From Podarcis erhardii (taxonomy: Eukaryota), in NCBI GenBank assembly GCA_964252035.1, contig OZ176200.1: a DNA stretch of 64,000 nucleotides; one strand, written 5' to 3'. How positions within the stretch are numbered: the first letter of the stretch is position 1; each line of letters begins with the position of its first letter. The notes below the pieces were generated by a model. That model searched no databases. It was not told the DNA's origin and saw only the letters and a program-made list of their open reading frames with translations. Below, piece by piece: positions 52,511 to 64,000 of the stretch. A program made the position numbers and the translations under genes.

Positions 52511-54737
52511 TACAAACAAACACAGGTACACCGTTGGAAATTATGTCTGATTTGTGTCATCACTTTTCAGCACTGGTCTGAAGAGAGGTCATCCTATTAT
52601 GTGGGAAGCTGTTCTGCAACAAGAAACAACCTAACATACTGCACATGGAGATCAATTAGCTAAAATCCACCTAACTCTGTGTTGGGTTATGGGCAAAGGT
52701 TCTCAGTCTGTCATCAAAATGTGCATACCTGGGCAGATTCACCTGGGCACACACTGTATCTCCCCTGAACATTAACATTCTATATTGAAGAAAGAACTTG
52801 AAGGACTGCTTCATTCTTTCTGAACTTCCTTGATAGCTCTGTTCATTTGCTCATCCTTGATTTCAAAGGATATATTTTCTTGGGCTCCCTTCCAATCCAA
52901 TTTATTAATGGTGATCCCTGTACTGCCCAGTACCTGAAGATCTCTGGGCAGCTTACACATACATTCTTAAAACATAAACAGTAAAAATACATCGTAGCAG
53001 AGATAGATCAATAAAATCAGGCAGGTCTTAATACTTGAACAAAACCATTTTGTTTGTTGTTGTTTAAAAAACCAACCCTATTGATCTGATCTGCATTTTT
53101 TGGTAAGCCACTTAGGACCCAAAAGCATTGCATCGGTCTTAAAGGTTTCACGCCCTTGCAGAATGTTAGCCTGTTGGCAGGGGGTCAGAGGGTTTGGCCA
53201 GCTAGCCCCACCCATGAAGAGTAAGAACTCTGGCACAGCTTCAAGTGGTTCCCAGGGGCAAAGCCTATTTATCTGGAGGCTGTTTGAGGTGGGTTGCTGC
53301 TGGTAGGCTGGCCTCAGTGGGCAAGAGGGTGACATCAAGTGGCCTTCTCCCCTTTGTGTCTCTCCTTCAGGGCACTCTCTAATGGAAAAAGCTGCATCTG
53401 TGATGACAGCATGAATGCATCTCCCAAATGTGATTGGTGGGTATTTGGCGATGGTGCTATTTTACCCTGTTTTGGTTGATTTATTGTGTTTATTGTACTT
53501 TCATTCTCTCTCTCGTTAGCATTAATGTGTTACTCATTGCTTGGGGAATCTTTGGGCCAAAAAGTGGTATATAAATAAATCATAACCTAACAGTGGCTGT
53601 GGATTTCTGCCATTTATTTTATTAGACATTAGAACCCTAAAATGTTTTTAAAGTCTTTTAGGGTGAGTGTTGCACAATGGGAATACATACCAACATTTAA
53701 CAAAAGCCACACTGCAAAATGTAAAAACAAAAAAAGGACTTCCCCCCCTTTTAGCTCTTCTCCCCAAGGAGCGAAAAGGCATTTTCTACATGTCTAAGGA
53801 GACATTAAAAATAATTATGTGGAAGAGTAATAGCTCCCTTGGTTGTTTTAATGTATTTTTGTCTACAAACAGGGAAAAAATCTCTAATCTGCTGCCTTGG
53901 CTTTGCTTGAAAGGTCTCTCAAACAAAAGTACTTTCAAGTAACTTTAGGATTGTTAAGCAGCAAGAACAATGGATGTGGATTTCAATACAACTCCCTACC
54001 TTAAAACACAGACACTAGCAGATAGAATAGGGTTTAGCTGCTCAAATCTTTCACAGTAACATGAGATGCACAAAATATACTTTTGGATTTAATAGTGATC
54101 CCTCCCCAGGAAAATATATGAATGAGATCTAACATACTGTTATCTAAAGGCAATACAAAAAAGTTGATAGAGGGACACTGTTGGACTGGGGGGGGATTAG
54201 TGATTATGCGACTCAAATTGTAGCTTTTATATGACAGGGGCCAATGACAAATATTTATTTAGACTCTAGTTTGAGTATCAGGGAGCTCTTCGTGCCATGT
54301 CAAGAACTGTGTGGGAAATGACATACATAACCAAAAACTATGCACTCCATTAAATGGTGGAGTCATATCAGAAGACACTTTAGGTTGCATGGAAGGTTAA
54401 TTCTAACCAAGTGCAATTTGTGACATTGCGCAACATCACTGCTGATCACAGGACACACCTGTTTAGACATCAGCCTAGGCTTCCAGTTCTCTGGCTTCTG
54501 GAACTTGAACCACTGGGAGATAGCCTTAACAGGTTTTTATTTTAATCATTGAATTTAATTATGTGCACATCCATCTCACTAAAATTGAAATGGGTCAGGG
54601 TATGATTTTAAGCAGAGGCACCATTTAGTGGAGCAAGTTTCTATCTCTATCCCATGTTCCCAGGTCAAATTCCATGTGACATGGAAGATTCCTTCCCTCA
54701 AAGTCTTCCTCTGCCATTTTTTGTTTTTTGCTGCTCT

Positions 54738-54911
54738 CGGTGCTTTTCTTCTGGGGGGACGCAGGAGTACGCATACCCCTAAACATTTTGTGAATCTTTG
54801 TACTTTTGTCCATTTACTGTATTTATTTTTCCTGATTTGAAGTATAAAATGGTGATTTTCTTGAGTCAAACTGAGAGTACCCCTAAAGATTTTTTAAGAA
54901 AAAAAGCACTG
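54738..54911. mobile_element. hAT-type MITE
   Basis: Ends CGGTGCTTTT / AAAAAGCACTG; perfect 8-bp TSD GCTGCTCT. Confidence 0.85.
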
Positions 54912-56120
54912 GCTGCTCTGATTCTTCTTTTAAATAATAGTGCTTTCTGTGTTTTAGGCCTCTAGGCTGTCAGTATTTTGCGGGAGAGATTTGTGCAAGC
55001 AAATCAGGATGAAGCACCTTGATTGTATTTTCATCATATTTTTTATCAATAGATAGCCTCTTTATTTTATTTGTTAGTTGCCTTGAACCTTTTGGAATGG
55101 CAGGATGCAGTTGATTTTAAATGGTATTGAATAACATGAATGAACAGAAATCCCCATGTATTTTTCTGTCAGAAAAAACAGCTCAGAAGGGATCCAGTTT
55201 AGGACCTCATCCTTTACCTCAGTGCTACAGACCTGATACAAATCACTCTTTGTCCAAGGTGCCTTAAGCCTCAAAACAGAGTGTCTATGGACTCCATAGT
55301 TGAACTGAAATCACTTGCCACCCAAATATCAAAATACAAAATGATTACCTCTGATCCTAGCAGAAGTGAGGTCAACCAAAGAGACCGAAACCTACTGCCA
55401 AGTATGTGCACTTATAGCTTGGGCTTAGCACTGTTGGGCAGCTGCCAAGGCTCCCATCATAGCCATGGGCCCCTGACACCTCATGGCCCTGCCTTCTTTT
55501 TCTCTGTGCAGTCACTGCCTTTTTGCTTCTCACCTTCTAAGACAGTTCAGCAGTAGACAGGTGGAGTAAGGATAAGGAGAGTCTGCCTCTGGCCACCATG
55601 CCATCTGAGCCCAGTCTGCACAGCTACCCAGATGGAGAGGGTAAGATAATTGGCAGTGGTGACCACTTTAGACTTCTTGCCCCCCCCCCAAGTCTGAAGA
55701 TGGAAGCACTTATGCTGGGGGGGGGGATTCATGATCACAGCTGGCTGTGCCCGGGCTCACATGCTCCAGTCTTTTGCACCATGGTGGTCATTCAGTGGTC
55801 TACTTGCTCTCCATACAGTGATCCCTGGGTTCTTCTCTTCTCTCAGGACAATACAATTCAGTAACTTGGACCCTGTACTTTTGGGATAGGGAGCACCAAG
55901 CACTAGGGTCAAATTAATCTCTCCTGGAATTCAGGCCTCTTTATCTGTTATTCTCCCCAGACCACATCCTTATCAGCCTGGCTTTGCACCCTCCATGAAT
56001 GTTTCTGCCTGGCTGGAATGTGTCCTTGAACTCTGGGAACGCCTCTTAGTTGACTGGAAGGATGCTGCTGAGGGGAGTGAGTGGGTGTAGAAACTGCCCA
56101 ACTGTGCAATGACATTCATA

Positions 56121-56333
56121 TTTCTTTATTTCATTTATATACCACCTTTATCTTCCGACGTGCTCAAGGCAGTGCACATGGTTCTCCTCCACATCCTTAC
56201 AACAACCCTGTGAGGCACACTATGAGATGGTGAATGGCCCAATGTCACCCAGTGAGCTTCATGGCTGAGTGGGGATTCAAACCCTGGTCTCCTGGGTCAT
56301 TGCCCAACATCTTAACCATTATTCCACGCTGGC
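56121..56333 (-). mobile_element. MIR-like (CORE-type) SINE
   Basis: Minus strand has tRNA head with GGTTTGAATCCCC, CTCAGCCATGAAGCTCACTGGGTGAC core, CACAGGGTTGTTGTAAGG and an A-rich tail. Confidence 0.7.
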
Positions 56334-57714
56334 TTTCCACCCATTTTGTTGCTCCACCAACTTTTACCTCTGACCCTACCTACCCATAGGATGCTGCCTC
56401 TGGAAGGTTACAAAGAAGGGAATGCAGCCCCCAGGCGGAAAAAGTTTTCCCATCCTTGCTGTGCGTATATACAACTACAAGCTTGAAGACCAAGCTGAGC
56501 TAATGGGTATACTTGCACTTCCGTATACACAACGTGTTGCTTTTTATAAACAGATATTAATAGAAACAGACACAACTTTTTCCTCCTATTTCTGTGAACT
56601 GACATTCTTCCAGCAAAGAGGCTACTAAAGTATGTTTTGTACTTTCAGGCAGCAGGAAGGGGCGGGGAGAGACATTTGTGGGGGAAATAAGCGATGGGAC
56701 GTTATCCAAGTCCGTTCATATGAACCAGAAAAACATATAAAAACAGCCTAGATGAAGGAGCCAAGGTGGTACCGCCAGCTGCAGGGCCATTAATTAAATG
56801 TTCTCCGGTATGTAGCAGTAAGAATGACCTCGGTACTTGTTGAATGCAAGGAGATAACATTTACAGAGAAGCTCTGCTTGTCCTACACAGGTATATTTAT
56901 CCAAGAAGTAGCTTGCACATTTTACTGCTCTCGAGGCAGTAAATTAGTTCTAATTGCAGAGATATGTAATAAAGCTGTGCTCGGCCTTCTGCAGCATTTG
57001 AAGATTTATTTTAGGGTTTCAGCTTTGCTTTGAGTGTCCAACTTAAAAGGGAGGGGGGTGGAGAACACAAGGGGAAATGTAGGTTTTATGGATCTATAAA
57101 ATTACTCAGCTTCAGATAAATGTATGTTCCAGTGCAACTTAAACAGGATAACCAGAGGCTATGGGACTGTGGCAGGCAGTGCAATGCACTGTATACTTTT
57201 ACATTACATATTTCCCTCACAAGCAGGGGGCCTCTCTGAAAGCAGACATAATGAGCGTTATCATTATCTCTTGGGAAAGGAAAATGTGGTCACCTGGAAG
57301 GACACAGGAAATCTGTGTTAGCCCAGGATTTCTATTAAAACGGTGAGCTCACTAGTAATGATTCACAAAGCCAAATTCCTTTAATTCAGTTGCTGTTGAA
57401 TTCAAGGGTTCCATGTGAACTCTTTAGATTTGCCCCCCTCTCTTTATTTTAGCTAAGCAAAAACAAAATAGAACAAAACATGAATGAACCAGATAAGAGG
57501 CCATGGGCTGGATACAACTAAACAGTTACACTAGAGGAGCCAACAGTACAAGTGCAATGGGGCTTTGCCTCTGCTTTCCTTTCCCTAGTCAGTTCTGGGG
57601 GATCAGGAAAACCTCCAAGACAGGGCACAGGGGTCGTGTGGGGAGGACAGAATGATCAAATTAGCATAGTGTTGAATTCCACCCAGTGGAACCCAAAATC
57701 TCAGTATGTCACAC

Positions 57715-57905
57715 AAGGGGTGCCAACTTGAATAAAATATTGAGGGGCCCCAGGTAAGCCCTGCCCCACATAATCAATCACATGACAGGGTGCATGCACA
57801 CCATTTGAATAGCAGTGCCCATCAAATTTAGGGACCCTGGCCCCCTCAAATATTTTATTGGGGGGGGGCTGAAGTCCCCTCAGCCGCTAGGAGTTGGCTC
57901 CTATG
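57715..57905. mobile_element. hAT-type MITE, same family as 14773
   Basis: Colinear with the 14773 element; 8-bp TSD TGTCACAC (57707-57714, 57906-57913). Confidence 0.88.
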
Positions 57906-58184
57906 TGTCACACAGAAATTAGCCTATTGGTAACCTGTTTAGTATTATTTGAGATAAAACTATGTATGCTGGCCACAATTTGTTTATGGAACAAAATGGG
58001 ACTGGCAACAAAATGTTGCAGCGATTCCTGACCTCCTAGCAGAAGTGCTTCTGTTTTGAGAGCGCCAGCTAGCTATGCCCTCATTTAGGACACACCCTTC
58101 CAACATCAACACCATTTCCCATTATTCTGGCCCACAGTGTAGTAGGGTTTTAATGATTCTCAATAGTGCAGGGAACCTTCATCA

Positions 58185-58350
58185 CATAGCTGTCAACTTT
58201 CAGATTTGAAAATAAGGGATCAGCAGCCTCACCTTCCCGGGGACAGTCTATGGGATATCTAACAATCCGGGATAGCAGCAGGAAGCAGTGGGAAACGGCG
58301 CTGGAATAAGGGAATTTCCTGCAAAAAAAAGGGGAAGGTTGACAGCTATA
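58185..58350. mobile_element. hAT-type MITE
   Basis: TIRs CATAGCTGTCAACT / GGTTGACAGCTATA; perfect 8-bp TSD CTTCATCA. Confidence 0.85.
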
Positions 58351-59195
58351 CTTCATCATGGAAAAGGCACAGAGAATTTGTGCAGCAATGGCCCCATAGC
58401 CCCACTGTATGAATGTTCCCTTTTACCTCCATAATGCCTGAAAAGGAGTATTCTCAGGATAAAATGAGGGTGGAGTGGGACACAGAAGCACAAAGACCTT
58501 GGAAGATGTACTCTGACCTGAAGTCTTTGGGAAAAGACAATATGTATATTTAATTAATGAATAACACTCCCCAAAATGTTCCATAAAGAGCTACTGCAAC
58601 AGTGTTCCACACCTTCAATCTGCCAAGCAGAATTTAGCCCCTTTTAGCACGTCATTGTTCCCCAACAGTGTTGTGGAAGTTGGGTACTTGCCCACCCACA
58701 ATGATCCCATAACTGACTGGTGGAGCTCCGCTTCTCCAGTTGGGAATAACAAGTACAATGTAAGAGATTAGGATATAAAATGAAAATTTATTGCTTCCAG
58801 TTATTGCCCTAATCTTTTTACCTTTAGCGGCACATCTGTCTTCCACACGTTTTAGCACGAGAAATGCATATAAAACTTTTTTTTTTTTTTTGCACTGCAC
58901 AATTTTGGAATGTTACTTTGCATCTCTTCTCTGATCTCCAAGAATCTGCTTATTTTTAGGAACAGAGTGAGAAAACAAGGCTGAACTTCTTCAAAATGGT
59001 CAGTGTATGCCTGCAAACAGCAATCCCTTCCATTGCCAGCACAAGCCTTTGTTATTGCCAGAAATAAAGTGTACAGAGTGAGACAGAGCCCCACTGAAAA
59101 GTTAATAAAAATTAGACCGCTCCTTCTGAGGCATACTAGTGCATACTGGTTCAGCAATGTGCAGGCAAGCCAATAGGAAAAACGAGGAAAAACTA

Positions 59196-59552
59196 GGGAC
59201 GCAGGTGGCGCTGTGGGTTAAACCACAGAGCCTAGGACTTGCCGATCAGAAGGTCGGCACTTCGAATGCACGCAATGGGGTGAACTCCCGTTGCTCGATC
59301 CCTGCTCCTGCCAACCTAGCAGTTTGAAAGCACATCAAAGTGCAAGTAGATAAATAGGTACCACTCCAGAGGGAATGTAAACGGCATTTCCATGCGCTGC
59401 TCTGGTTCGCCAGAACCGGCTTAGTCAGGCTGGCCACATGACCCGGAAGCTGTACGCCTGCTCCCTCGGCCAATAAAGCGAGATGAGCGCTGGAACCCCA
59501 GAGTCGGTCACGACTGGACCTAAAGGTCAGGGGTCCCTTTACCTTTACCTTT
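59196..59552 (+). mobile_element. Full-length Sauria SINE
   Basis: Same head, body and ACCTTT tail as the 2673 copy; TSD AGGAAAAACTA at 59185-59195 and 59553-59563. Confidence 0.92.
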
Positions 59553-59679
59553 AGGAAAAACTAGTGTAGCAACTGGGTATAAGGGGAGGTGAGAGCACCA
59601 ACTGCTTCCTAAATTCTCTTTACCCTTCAGAATCGGTGCCTGGTCTTCATTTTTAAATGAGGCGTTCTTATCTCTAGTT

Positions 59680-60339
59680 AGATTTTTGGGTATTGAATTA
59701 CAAGAGGATCTGTCCTGGAGTGTCAACACAAGGGGGCTTGTGAAGAAGGCGCAGCAGAGACTGTACTTTTTAAGAATCCTAAGGAAAAACCATCTTCCGC
59801 AGAAACTGCTGCTTGCCTTCTATCACTGTGCCATTGAGAGTGTGCTCACTTATGGCTTATGTGTGTGGTACGGAAGCTGTACTACCCAGGACAGGATGGC
59901 GTTGTGCAGAGTTGTTAAGGCAGCAGAGAGCATTGTTGGCTGCCCACTCTCCACCTTAGAGCAGATTTATGCCACAAGGTGCCATAGGAAGGCACTGGAC
60001 ATAGTAAAAGATCCATCGCATCCTGGTCACTGTCTCTTCGAGCTCCTGCCGTCGGGACGGAGATACAGGACGATGATGACAAGAACGAGCCGTCTCAAGA
60101 ACAGCTTCTTCTCCAGAGCGATCTCGGCCCTGAATGGGAAACCTGGACTTTGAAAGTCATCTAATCTTCCTTGCTGTATTATATTATATTGTTTTAATTA
60201 GTGTTTTTATAGTTGTTCTGATTTTGAGTGGAGTGCCCTACCTGGGTGGATGGAGCAGCCAAGTAATTTCGTTGTCCCTGAGAGGGGGCAATGACAATAA
60301 AGATATTAGTACTAGTAGTAGTAGTAGTAGTAGTAGTAC
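59680..60339 (+). mobile_element. 5'-truncated Rex1/Babar-type LINE (C-terminal end of ORF2, 3' UTR and (AGT)n tail)
   Basis: Frame RFLGIELQEDLSWSVN..KKAQQRLYFLR..IESVLTYG..WYG..DPSHPGH.LFELLPSGRRYR..RLKNSFF is the typical post-RT (DUF1891-like) region of Rex1/Babar elements; stop at 60151-60153; AATGACAATAAA at about 60290-60301, then a microsatellite tail. Confidence 0.85.
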
Positions 60340-61132
60340 TTGAACTTAGCACTTAAATCCATGAAGGAAGCTTGGGTCACTCCAATGACCCCGGTGGAAT
60401 GAGGTGGGGGGCAAAATTGAAAAGATCCATTTGGGGGCACCAAATTTTGGTCTTGCACAAGGCGCCATATTACAAAAGATTACTGCAGTCTGCTCCTGCT
60501 GCCAACCTCTGGAGCAATCTGATCACATCCCCTCTCCTACTTTTTGTTGCTGCCTCTCTGCCTGTGTTCACTGAGTGATCAAGCAGTGATAACAGCAAGG
60601 AGGAGGAGGAGCTGCTATCTGTGCATCTAGGCAGCAGTGTGCATGGGGCCAAAGGAAGAGGGAAAGTGAATGGGCAGTGCTGAGAGCAGCAAGGAGTTGG
60701 CCCATTGACAGGGCCAGCCCTACCATTAGGCAAAGTGCAGAGGGTAGCAGATGCTGGAAAACAGGGAATAGTGGTAAGGTGTTGGGAGACAGCCTGCCTG
60801 TGCCCCCTAAACTAGCTTGTTGCTCTCAGGAGGACACTGCCCCATTCACAGAGTCCAAATAAAATTCAGCTGCTAATCTAAACATCTTATTTGTCTGAAA
60901 TGGGGGTACTATCTTGTTTTTTGCCTCAGGCAACAGGATATCTCAGGCTGTCCACTTATGATACCTTGCGCCTCAAAAAGTGGAAGCAACACTGCTACTT
61001 GGCTATCCTATGAGTGCGGCAACCTCAGACTAAAGCAGGGTCACCCACAGGCTGTCAGTAGTTTGCAGGAGGGATTCAATCACATGCTGGGAATTTAGGT
61101 TTACACAATTAAATTAGCTGGAAGACCTCTGG

Positions 61133-61408
61133 TATTGGCCAAGGGAGCCGGCGTACAGCTTCCGGGTCATGTGGCCAGCATGACTAAGCCGCCTCTGGCG
61201 AACCAGAGCAGCGCATGGAAATGCCGTTTACCTTCCCGCCGGAGCAGTACCTATTTATCTATCTGCACTTCATGCTTTCAAACTGCTAGGTTGGCAGGGG
61301 CAGGGACCGAGCAACGGGAGCTCACCCCGTCGTGGGATTCAAACCGATGACCTTCTGATCGGCAAGCCCTAAGCTCTGTGGTTTAACCCACAGCGCCACC
61401 CGTGTCCC
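61133..61408 (-). mobile_element. Sauria SINE lacking its 3' tail
   Basis: Reverse complement closely matches the 59196 copy from the head to ...GGCCAATA; ACCTTT tail absent. Confidence 0.85.
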
Positions 61409-62589
61409 ATCTATAACCACTGTATACAGCCACAAATCAGGAGGAATTCTTCTTGTCATATAACTTCTCCGCAAATGGATCAGGATGAATGTTCAGTAAG
61501 TTCCAGACCTTACTTAACCTCTGCCTAAGCTCTGTGCAAGCAAATCAGGCCAAATGCTCAATAAACAGTACATCTGGAGGAAATATTTTGCGGTAGCCTC
61601 ACTACTACTTCTCCCTGTGTCTCAGCAAGATAGTTGGGGAATCCAGTTGTGAATTCTTAACACCCAGACAATTATGCTTGTGTGTAAATTCTGCAAGTTA
61701 GCAGACTGGATGACGAGAAAGCAACTGACTAATTAAACTGATATATCAGTCTTCAGAACCCAAGATAAATATTGCTAGCACATCAGTTAGGCAAGCCATT
61801 TTACATGGCTGTGGGTAATATATAAACAAAGTGCTTTATCTGAGCATTGCTTACAAACTCAAAGATTGTAATGTACTTTCAGATAACATTCCAAACCTAT
61901 CCTTTTAAGCTTTCAGCCAAGAAATTATTTTTGTATTTTCTTTACTGTTGACAAAAAAAAATATTCTGAAGCTTTGCTCCAACTTCTTTTGTTCTTGCTG
62001 TATGTTGCATATTTTAAACCAAAACTTGATACTAGCATTAACTACCTGTTGCCATCTGTTTCATTTTCTTCTAACTTGCTTATCTTATTGGATAGCAGGT
62101 ACTAAATGACAAAGTGTTGGCCATCTGAATAGGACTCCATCTAAAAATGTGACTGGATTTTTGCAAACTCCTTCAAATCCAATGAATTTCTTTCTACTAA
62201 TCTTTGCTGTCTCCACCAGAATGTGTCCACTGGTGTTATGGCAAGGATTTATAAAATCATCCTTCAAGGAGGGGAAATCAGTGTTGTCTCTACACTGCTC
62301 CCACTGAATCTAATTGTGAAACTCCTCAGTGACCTTGGTGGGAGTTGAGGAGTGATGAAAGTCGATTACATGTTTTCTGCACTCCCATAACGTTATACTG
62401 GAACTTTAAGCACAGTGATGAATGTGGGGGGAAAACTGAAATGAAATAATCTGGAGTGGACTTTATCACTCCTCAACAAACCTTATTCACCATCTGTTCA
62501 TCGACATTATGAGAGGGAGGGTGCAAGGTTTGAATGCAGCGTTTGAATGCAGGTTTTGCAGGCTGACTAGCCTTAACATCTCTGTGTAG

Positions 62590-62718
62590 ACCAACAGTGG
62601 GTCACCTGGGGCCCTTCAGAGGTTGATGGACTCATCCTTGGTCACTGGTCCATGCTGGCTGGGGCTGGTAGAAGTTGGAGTCCAAAAGCACCTGGAGGGT
62701 CAAAGGTTTCCCACCACA
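62590..62718. mobile_element. Degenerate palindromic MITE (family of 7702)
   Basis: GGCCCTTCAGAGGTTG...CACCTGGAGGGTC inverted arms; similar to 7702-7830. Confidence 0.45.
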
Positions 62719-64000
62719 GATACAGACCTACATCTTCATTTGCATAGCTCCACCCTACAGGACTGGCCCTGTCATGTGACAGAATAAAGCAACCTACGTA
62801 TTTCAGGCAGCATCCTGAGCAGTGGGCAGCGGGAGAATTCAGGAATTAGTGTCTGAATGGTGTATCAAGCCTTGTCAAAGTGTTTGTCCTAGCAAAAGGG
62901 AGGCCATTTTGGCTTTGCTTCAGATACAAGGCTGGCGTCAGACATTGTGGTGCCCAAACAGGTTGGTTCGGCCATCTCTGCTCCTCTTTCCTCCTTCTCC
63001 CCTGACCTAATCCCCCCTCCTCTCCCTCATTCTTATTCCCCACCTTTTAAAGTATTTTGCCACCACATAAGCAGGCTCTCTTCTTCCGCCTTCCCATTGT
63101 ATCTGACCTTGCTCTTAGAAAGGGGGCCTTTCCTCAGAGACATTCTGAACCAGGTGGCCTGGGATAGCATTGGCAGCATTCTGCCACCACAGCTAGAAAT
63201 TCTCTCTTAAATTTAAACAAGTTGCATTAGCCTCTCTCTTGCCAGATTAGTCTGTCACCATTCAAATTAGCAACAGAGGGATGGTGGGAGCAGTAATGGA
63301 AACTTATATGAACCAATGACTGCACAGGAACATTAAATATCGGAGGCAAAGCACATAGGATTCCAAGAATGAAATATTTTGCTTCTGATGCTAGCGTTAA
63401 CACGATCAAGGTCAGACTAAATACTTACTGGGAAAAATAGCTTCTCCTTTGATAGTCTACTCTGTATGTTTGGGTTGGTGTTTTCTTTTAACCAACACCT
63501 GCTCTATATTGATTGTACAACAAAAGTGTTTGGTCTATGGATCACAATCTCAGGAACAAAGACTGTGTAAGCACATTCCAAGCCATCAGATGTTAGAATT
63601 CTTATAGCAATGTACTTCAAAAGCATATGAAGGGCAAAGCTACATGTTGCATGTAAATGCATGTTATGTTAGCCTGATGTTGCTTTTTAAACTGGAAAAG
63701 CCATTTCCAGATGGGAAAATTTGGAGTGGAAAAACACTCAACACTTTTCTGTCTTTTGTTTCCTGGTTTCAAAATCGCATATACCCTCCTGGCTTTTCCA
63801 TTGTGGAATTTCAGATGCATGCTTCAGAAGGTTTAGAACCCCATGGGGAGAAAGTTGCTTGGGGAACAATTTCAAGCAAGGAAGTGGCAGAAAAAGAAAG
63901 GGCTAAACATCCCTCTCCTGAATGCACATACACCCCTCTTCACTTTAAAAATTGCTGTCAGGCTGCTACTGCACATATTTGTTTCTAATGTAGTATTGCA

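Noticed and set aside
63406-63414. Perfect NR5A1/SF-1 site TCAAGGTCA
   Set aside because: Isolated 9-mer 30 kb from the promoter; expected by chance at this scale.

Overview
Vertebrate (squamate, most likely lacertid lizard, inferred from Sauria SINEs and the repeat content) genomic DNA containing the 5' half of the Wilms tumour 1 gene (WT1) on the minus strand. Exon 1 CDS is 33304-32893, exon 2 is 24534-24412 (123 bp), exon 3 is 22773-22671 (103 bp) and exon 4 is 11297-11220 (78 bp), all GT-AG with compatible phases. No mammalian-type exon 5 and no exon 6 were recognised, so the zinc-finger exons lie off the left end. About 30 kb upstream of WT1 (34-64 kb) has no recognisable host gene, only CpG-rich regulatory-looking patches and transposon relics (Sauria SINEs, CR1-tailed and MIR-like SINEs, Tc1/mariner and hAT MITEs with intact TSDs, a Rex1/Babar LINE 3' end, L2/CR1 fragments, two LTR-like elements). 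The most interesting observation is an AUG-free, stop-free leader with an in-frame CUG in strong Kozak context (GCGACC-CTG-G, 33562) that would add 86 aa resembling the CUG-initiated N-terminal WT1 extension usually described as mammal-specific. Comparisons with human, mouse and chicken sequences are from memory and need alignment. Coordinates were counted by hand and repeat boundaries without TSDs are approximate.
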